A DNA stretch of 63,798 bases, filler included, from Dirinaria sp. TL-2023a (lineage: Eukaryota), in NCBI GenBank assembly GCA_051941275.1. It is 32 parts of 32 records of this genome, joined end to end, with 100 filler letters (N's around TTAATTAATTAA, not from the genome) between each part and the next. Parts side by side here need not be neighbours in the genome. Positions count along the whole stretch, not along the records: positions 61,933 to 63,798 come from JAVEBF010002496.1; 31 more parts are not named here. One strand, 5' to 3'. The position numbers and the translations under genes are program-made. Below are positions 61,933-63,798 of the stretch, in pieces. How positions within the stretch are numbered: position 1 is the stretch's first letter; each line of letters opens with the position of its first letter. The notes under the pieces are model-generated. The model made no database searches and was not told the origin of the DNA. It saw only the letters and a program-made list of their open reading frames with translations.

Positions 61933-63452
61933 ATCCCCACTCCCTTCTCCATCCGCAGCTGCAGCAGGAGCAGCACCCTTCCCCGTCCTCCTCGCGAGCC
62001 TCAGTCCCCCGAGTAACATGACCAGTGCTTCCAGCCCCAGTATCACCGCCAGCGTGACCATAGCGCCAATTACGCCCGCAACAGGCTTACTAACCCCACC
62101 ACCACCTCCTCCTCCACTTGTATTCCCAGTCCCAGCACCACTGGTCGTAGTGGCGGTAGAAGCCGAAGCGGCGCAGACACCGGTGCTGTTGCCGCACGCT
62201 CGGCACCACTGGTCTTGCCCTCCGATCGCGAACCGGTTCATCCCCGCGCTGAACGCGTTCCAGGAGAGGAGCGTGTTGGACTGGTTGAAGAGCGGGTAGG
62301 CGACCAGCTCGCTGGTGTTGGAGGCGGTGTTGTTGTGGAAGAGGAAGCGGACGCTGATATCCTTCGGATCCACGGGGGTGGAAGGGGACGAAGAAGCAGT
62401 GGCGTTGGTCACGAGCTCGAAAGCCATGCTCGAAGCGTAGTCTGGGATCGCGGAGAACATGCCGTTGGTACCGGGCACGGTGGACAGGTTCGCCAGCCCG
62501 AAGAAAGATTGGAAGGACCCGTAAGCGCCGAACTGGATGGTGATTTTCGGTTTCGAGGTGGGCGTTACGATGGTGCTGTTCAGCGCTGTTACGACCTGGG
62601 CGGCGAGCACGCTGCCGGAGATGGCGCGGATCGGGTCCGTCACATTGTAGGCGAGGGCGAATTCGTGCGTCGCGGCAAGGGCCGCGAGGCTGGAGAGGGT
62701 GCTGTTGGTTAGGAGGTTGGAAGAGGGGATGGTGCTGTTGTGGATCTCGGCGACGTTGATGAGGTCGAAGACTGTAGGAGTGTTTTAGCTCGATCTTCTT
62801 CTGAAGCAATACAAAGGGATGGCGTACTCGTGTAAGCATTTTTGTAGGTCAATTGGTCTGCCCCAAACGTCGCGTTCACCACCGGCGCAAGACCTTTGTA
62901 AAAGTCTCCGGTGCTGTTGAGGAGCTGGTTGTATTCCGGCGACGAGAAGTACTCGTTCGAGCTGGAGATCGCGTTGGCGCAATTGCCTGCGCCCTGCAAC
63001 CACGCGCTATCCTCGCTGCCTGTCCCGCTCGTCACCGTCTGCACGGGGATCAATTGGTACCCGTCCAACGGGGTGGAGACGTTTCGTCCATCTCGAAGCG
63101 CTTCTTCTCCCAATGTGTTCCCTACTGGCGGATACAGCCCTTGCAGGAACCCTTGTGCGCTGGGCATAAGGACATTGTCGAGGGGAGCGGACGCGCTAAT
63201 CTGACCCAATTTGACCACATCGGGGGAGATGGAGGCGATCTGGGAAGAGGCTGAGGAAGAGATGTACCGATTTCGGTAGTAAGTGCCTGAGGCAAAGATT
63301 TGGGAATAGCCCAGAGGGGTGAGTACAGTTGGGGGAGTGGATTTGGAAGTACGATCGCCGTGGCGTGAGAAGATGTAGACACCGAGCACGGTCTCTGCTG
63401 CGGTGGAAGGCAGGAAGGAAATCAGCAGTGGAAGGAAAAGAGATGCATGCAT
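61933..63452 (-). CDS. Histidine acid phosphatase family protein with signal peptide and C-terminal TM helix; intron 62772-62827; 3'-truncated
   Basis: Signal peptide, RHGDRT motif, LTPLG, VRFLFHN, and VAGVIGAMVTLAVILGLEALVMLL anchor. Confidence 0.9.
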
Positions 63453-63798
63453 GGTGGCGATTGCGCAGCTGAAGATCTATGGCTGCAAGGGAAGGGAGAG
63501 TAGATGCAGGACGAAAAGAGAGAGCGTCAATGATAATAATGGGAAAGTCGAGCTGAAGTAGATAAAGCAAGAGGGAGATGGTGGTGCAGCTATGCCTGAC
63601 AAGGAAAGTCCATGATATCAAGTAGGGAACATTATACCACACATTACTGTATTTCTTATCAATAACCGAATAGCGGAGATGTGGAGAAGAATAATAAGGT
63701 AAAGCAAAGAGTGGGAGAGTGGCTCGAGTGGGTGGGCAGAAAGTTTGGCCGAAGCCCCTCATCCGATGATCTCCCGATGATCCCCCATTAGATAAACC

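Overview
This window is not one locus. It is a concatenation of 32 short fungal (Pezizomycotina-type, GT-AG introns with CTRAC branch sites) contigs sorted by decreasing length (1936 to 1866 bp). They are joined by identical 100-bp artificial spacers (44 N + TTAATTAATTAA + 44 N), so no synteny can be read across spacers. Recognisable genes: mitochondrial GTP/GDP carrier (GGC1), a Baeyer-Villiger/FMO monooxygenase, ERG28, an SDR oxidoreductase, alpha-tubulin, divergent MIC12/UPS2, a RING-CH E3 ligase, a histidine acid phosphatase, a tandem kinase-pseudokinase, a HeLo-like N-terminal protein and NLR-type 32-aa repeats, plus several pseudogenes and many transposon relics. Main signals: (1) a RIP-like hypermutation whose dominant target is CpC->TpC (GG->GA) rather than canonical CpA, readable directly from paired repeat copies and leaving kb-long tracts almost free of CC/GG; (2) a 490-bp miniature LTR retroelement (TRIM) with a Tf1-type self-priming site, at the centre of a ~540-bp inverted duplication; (3) an antisense Cys-motif/coiled-coil ORF between the chromodomain and 3' LTR of a chromovirus; (4) a dead gene built from tandemly amplified exon+intron modules; (5) a putative UDG-fold protein and a long intronless orphan ORF.
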